Shown here in pieces: positions 31,493-34,248 of a stretch of 34,248 nt of DNA. The notes beneath the pieces were generated by a model that did not search any database, was not told the DNA's origin, and was given only the letters and a program-made list of their open reading frames with translations. The DNA comes from Octopus sinensis (Eukaryota). A program made the translations under genes and the position numbers. Position 1 is the first letter of the stretch; the number at the start of each line of letters is the position of its first letter. The stretch covers positions 1 through 34,248 of the forward strand of contig NW_021831716.1 in NCBI RefSeq assembly GCF_006345805.1, read 5' to 3'.

Positions 31493-31954
31493 TAGTCTAG
31501 GCACAAGGCCCGAAATTTTGGGAGAGGGGGACAGTCGATTAGATCGACCCCAGTACGCAACTGGTACTTAATTTATCGAAACCCGAAAGAATGAAAGGTA
31601 AAGTCGACCTCGGCAGAATTTGAACTCAGAACGTAGCGGCAGACGAAATACCGCAAAGCATTTCGCCCGGCGTGGTAACGTTTCTGCCAGCTCACCGCCT
31701 TTTAACGGCAGACGAAATTCCTATTTCTTTACTACCCACAAGGGGCTAAACATAGAGAGGACAAACAAGGACAGATAAATGGATTAAGTCGATTATATCG
31801 ACCCCAGTGCGTAACTGGTACTTAATTTATCGACTTCGAAAGGACGAAAGGCAAAATCGACATCGGCGGAATTTGAACTCAGAACGTAGCGGCTGACGAA
31901 ATACCGGTAAGCATTTTGCCCGGCGTGCTAACGTTTCTGCCAGCTCGCCGCCTT
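31493..31954 (-). mobile_element. Two adjacent full-headed family B copies (tail-1 copy 31719-31954, 15-nt stub, tail-2 copy 31493-31702)
   Basis: Both heads present; stub taacggcagacgaaat at 31703-31718. Confidence 0.92.
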
Positions 31955-32829
31955 TGTTGGTATGTATATTCTAAAACATGAGGAAAATATCTTATATGTT
32001 CACTGTTCTGCTTAGCGAGTGTATTGATATTAGAGTTGCTTTCCTATATGGTGTTCAGCTTCGTACCTATTGCGAATAACATAAACTGAGTCTGCCTTGT
32101 CTTCGCACGTAAAAGCGCTGCTTAAGATATTCTTACGTGATAACTTCTCCGCGATACTTATTCAGAGCTATATAAACTAATCCAGTATTATCCTTGGATG
32201 CACTGAGTTCTTACTCACTACAAATATTTCGTAGAATTTCAAGGAATGGCACTTAATTCTATCTTGCTATACTGCGACCATGTTGGATGATTTATTTTCA
32301 GAGGAAAGTTATCTGCAAGAAACAATATTTGTGAGTGAGAATTCGTTTCTCATTTCAATTAAGAATGTGAAGATAGAACTGAACAGCAAAATCTAATGAA
32401 TAGCTGCAAATGGAGTCAGATTTAAGTTGAACTTTTTAACACGTCTTACATATTTATGCCGTTACGCATAACGAATGACTTTTGTGATGGCAAAATAATA
32501 AGTTAAACAAGAGATCAGATATTATATGAAATGCGAATAACACAGAAAAAATATACTTTTAGTATTTATTACAAATACACCCAAAGATTTAACAAATTAC
32601 AATGTATTACATTTCAAAAGTTACATAACTAAGAATCATGGCGAATTTTGTATAAGGTTATGGAATATGGCTTCAAAGAGATTCTTAATTGGAACTGCAA
32701 TGTAAAATAACTAAACGAATACAAAAATACATAGGACTTCTATTAAACATACGTACACACCTGTCTATCTATCAGTGTGTCTGCTTGCCTGTCTGTCTGT
32801 ACGTATGGTTGTATATGGTTGTATATAGG

Positions 32830-32970
<141 letters not shown>

Positions 32971-33479
32971 GTCTGGAAAGTGAGAGTAGAGAGGCAAGTT
33001 TTGTCTAGCGAATGCTTCAAAAAAAGATGGGTGAATGTAGCAAGGATGACACGTATGAATGACGAAGCCACCTTGAGCATGATCCTATGAACCCGGAAAA
33101 ATTTAAAACAGAGAGCTACATACTTGCAAATAAGTGTGTTAACATGTGACATTATTGACCGAGGTTACCGTGGTCTTTTCCGAAGCCTTTTCTTTCTACG
33201 GATAAACCTTATCTATTTCCCCCTTTACACTTTACATCATGACATTTCTGTGATACACGATCCCTATTGATCATTTTTTTTCTCTCTTCCTTTTTACGAT
33301 CCCTTTTGATCGAAAACCTACCCACTTTTTTTTCTTTTTTTCTTTCCCCCCAAAAGAAAAGCTCTACTTTGTAACTTGTCCCGTCTGTGTTCAGCCCTGT
33401 ATGGCTAATAAAGAAACATATCTATTTGTCACTCAAACTTTCTCTTTGGCTCTCTGTATTTTCATTTCTTTGTAATAGC

Positions 33480-33634
33480 CATGTGATTTCAGAAGTTACG
33501 CTTATGCTAAACCGTGAGATTTCGGGTTCGACATCATTGCCAAACTATAACGAGCAAGCGTCACTTTCCATATTCTCGGTTCAACTCTAGCTTGTGAGCG
33601 AAATTGTTTGACGGAAACTGAAAGACTGCCTGTC
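33480..33634 (+). mobile_element. Old family A-related SINE 5' fragment
   Basis: ttcgggttcga B-box-like; cttgtgagcgaaattgtttgacggaaactgaaagactgcctgtc matches the family A core. Confidence 0.65.
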
Positions 33635-34034
33635 GGACTGATTGTTTTTCGTAATTCAAAGATACAACGATCTGACAATGTATTTATCAGGGAATAATAT
33701 TAAAGGAAATAGGTAATGTAGCGCGTAATGTCGGGATGTGCAGTCCGCAGTGGACCTCCAGACGACTTTATATTTTTATGTGTTTGCTGTGGTAGAACGT
33801 TTGATACGTCTAACGAACGGGGAGACAGATATGGTTGCCGCATATGGCGGTCAAAAGGCACGTTACGTCGTTAATGGTCACCTATTGAAAATATAAATTA
33901 ATGAGTTGGCAGTTCATTTAATTGAACAACTGGCAAACACCATCGTCGAAACAGACGAAGAGCCATTTGCATCTGATATTATCTACTTTAACAAACACAC
34001 GTACGCTCACTCACAAATACATGACATACATCAA

Positions 34035-34248
34035 CTATATATATATATATTATATATATATATATTACAAGCGTACATATATATATATATTACTGATATA
34101 TAGATATATATACATATACATACATATATTTTATATATATATTAGTATATATATATGTTCGCTTTATATATATCTATATAAACATATATGTATGTATGTA
34201 TATATATATATATTATATATATATATATATTATATATATATATATACA
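34035..34248. repeat. (TA)-rich microsatellite running to window end
   Basis: Direct reading. Confidence 0.95.

Overview
Repeat-saturated, AT-rich eukaryotic DNA with no recognisable host-gene exon, so intergenic or deep intronic. The repeat repertoire (tRNA-headed SINE families, dense TA/CA/CATA/TATC/AAT microsatellites) looks to me like a coleoid cephalopod, probably Octopus; this is pattern recognition, not verified. All long ORFs in the supplied track are microsatellite or SINE artefacts except decayed transposon pieces. These are an internally deleted mariner (12927-13810), RTE-type LINE fragments (zinc fingers at 1769-1933; RT/C-terminus at 18590-18831 and 20170-20670) and a CRE-clade restriction-like endonuclease tail (28187-28740). 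The most interesting signals are non-coding. (1) Four minimal type I hammerhead-ribozyme motifs from three unrelated families, all with palindromic helix III; one is fused to a tRNA-like Pol III head and bracketed by a perfect 35-bp inverted repeat (12109-12458). (2) A cluster of four unrelated 230-320 bp fold-back palindromes at 2.6-5.4 kb. (3) A SINE that forms head-less ~185-nt tandem multimers joined at one fixed junction at four separate loci. (4) A templated insertion of nearby DNA into a SINE. Family names A-E below are my own working labels.
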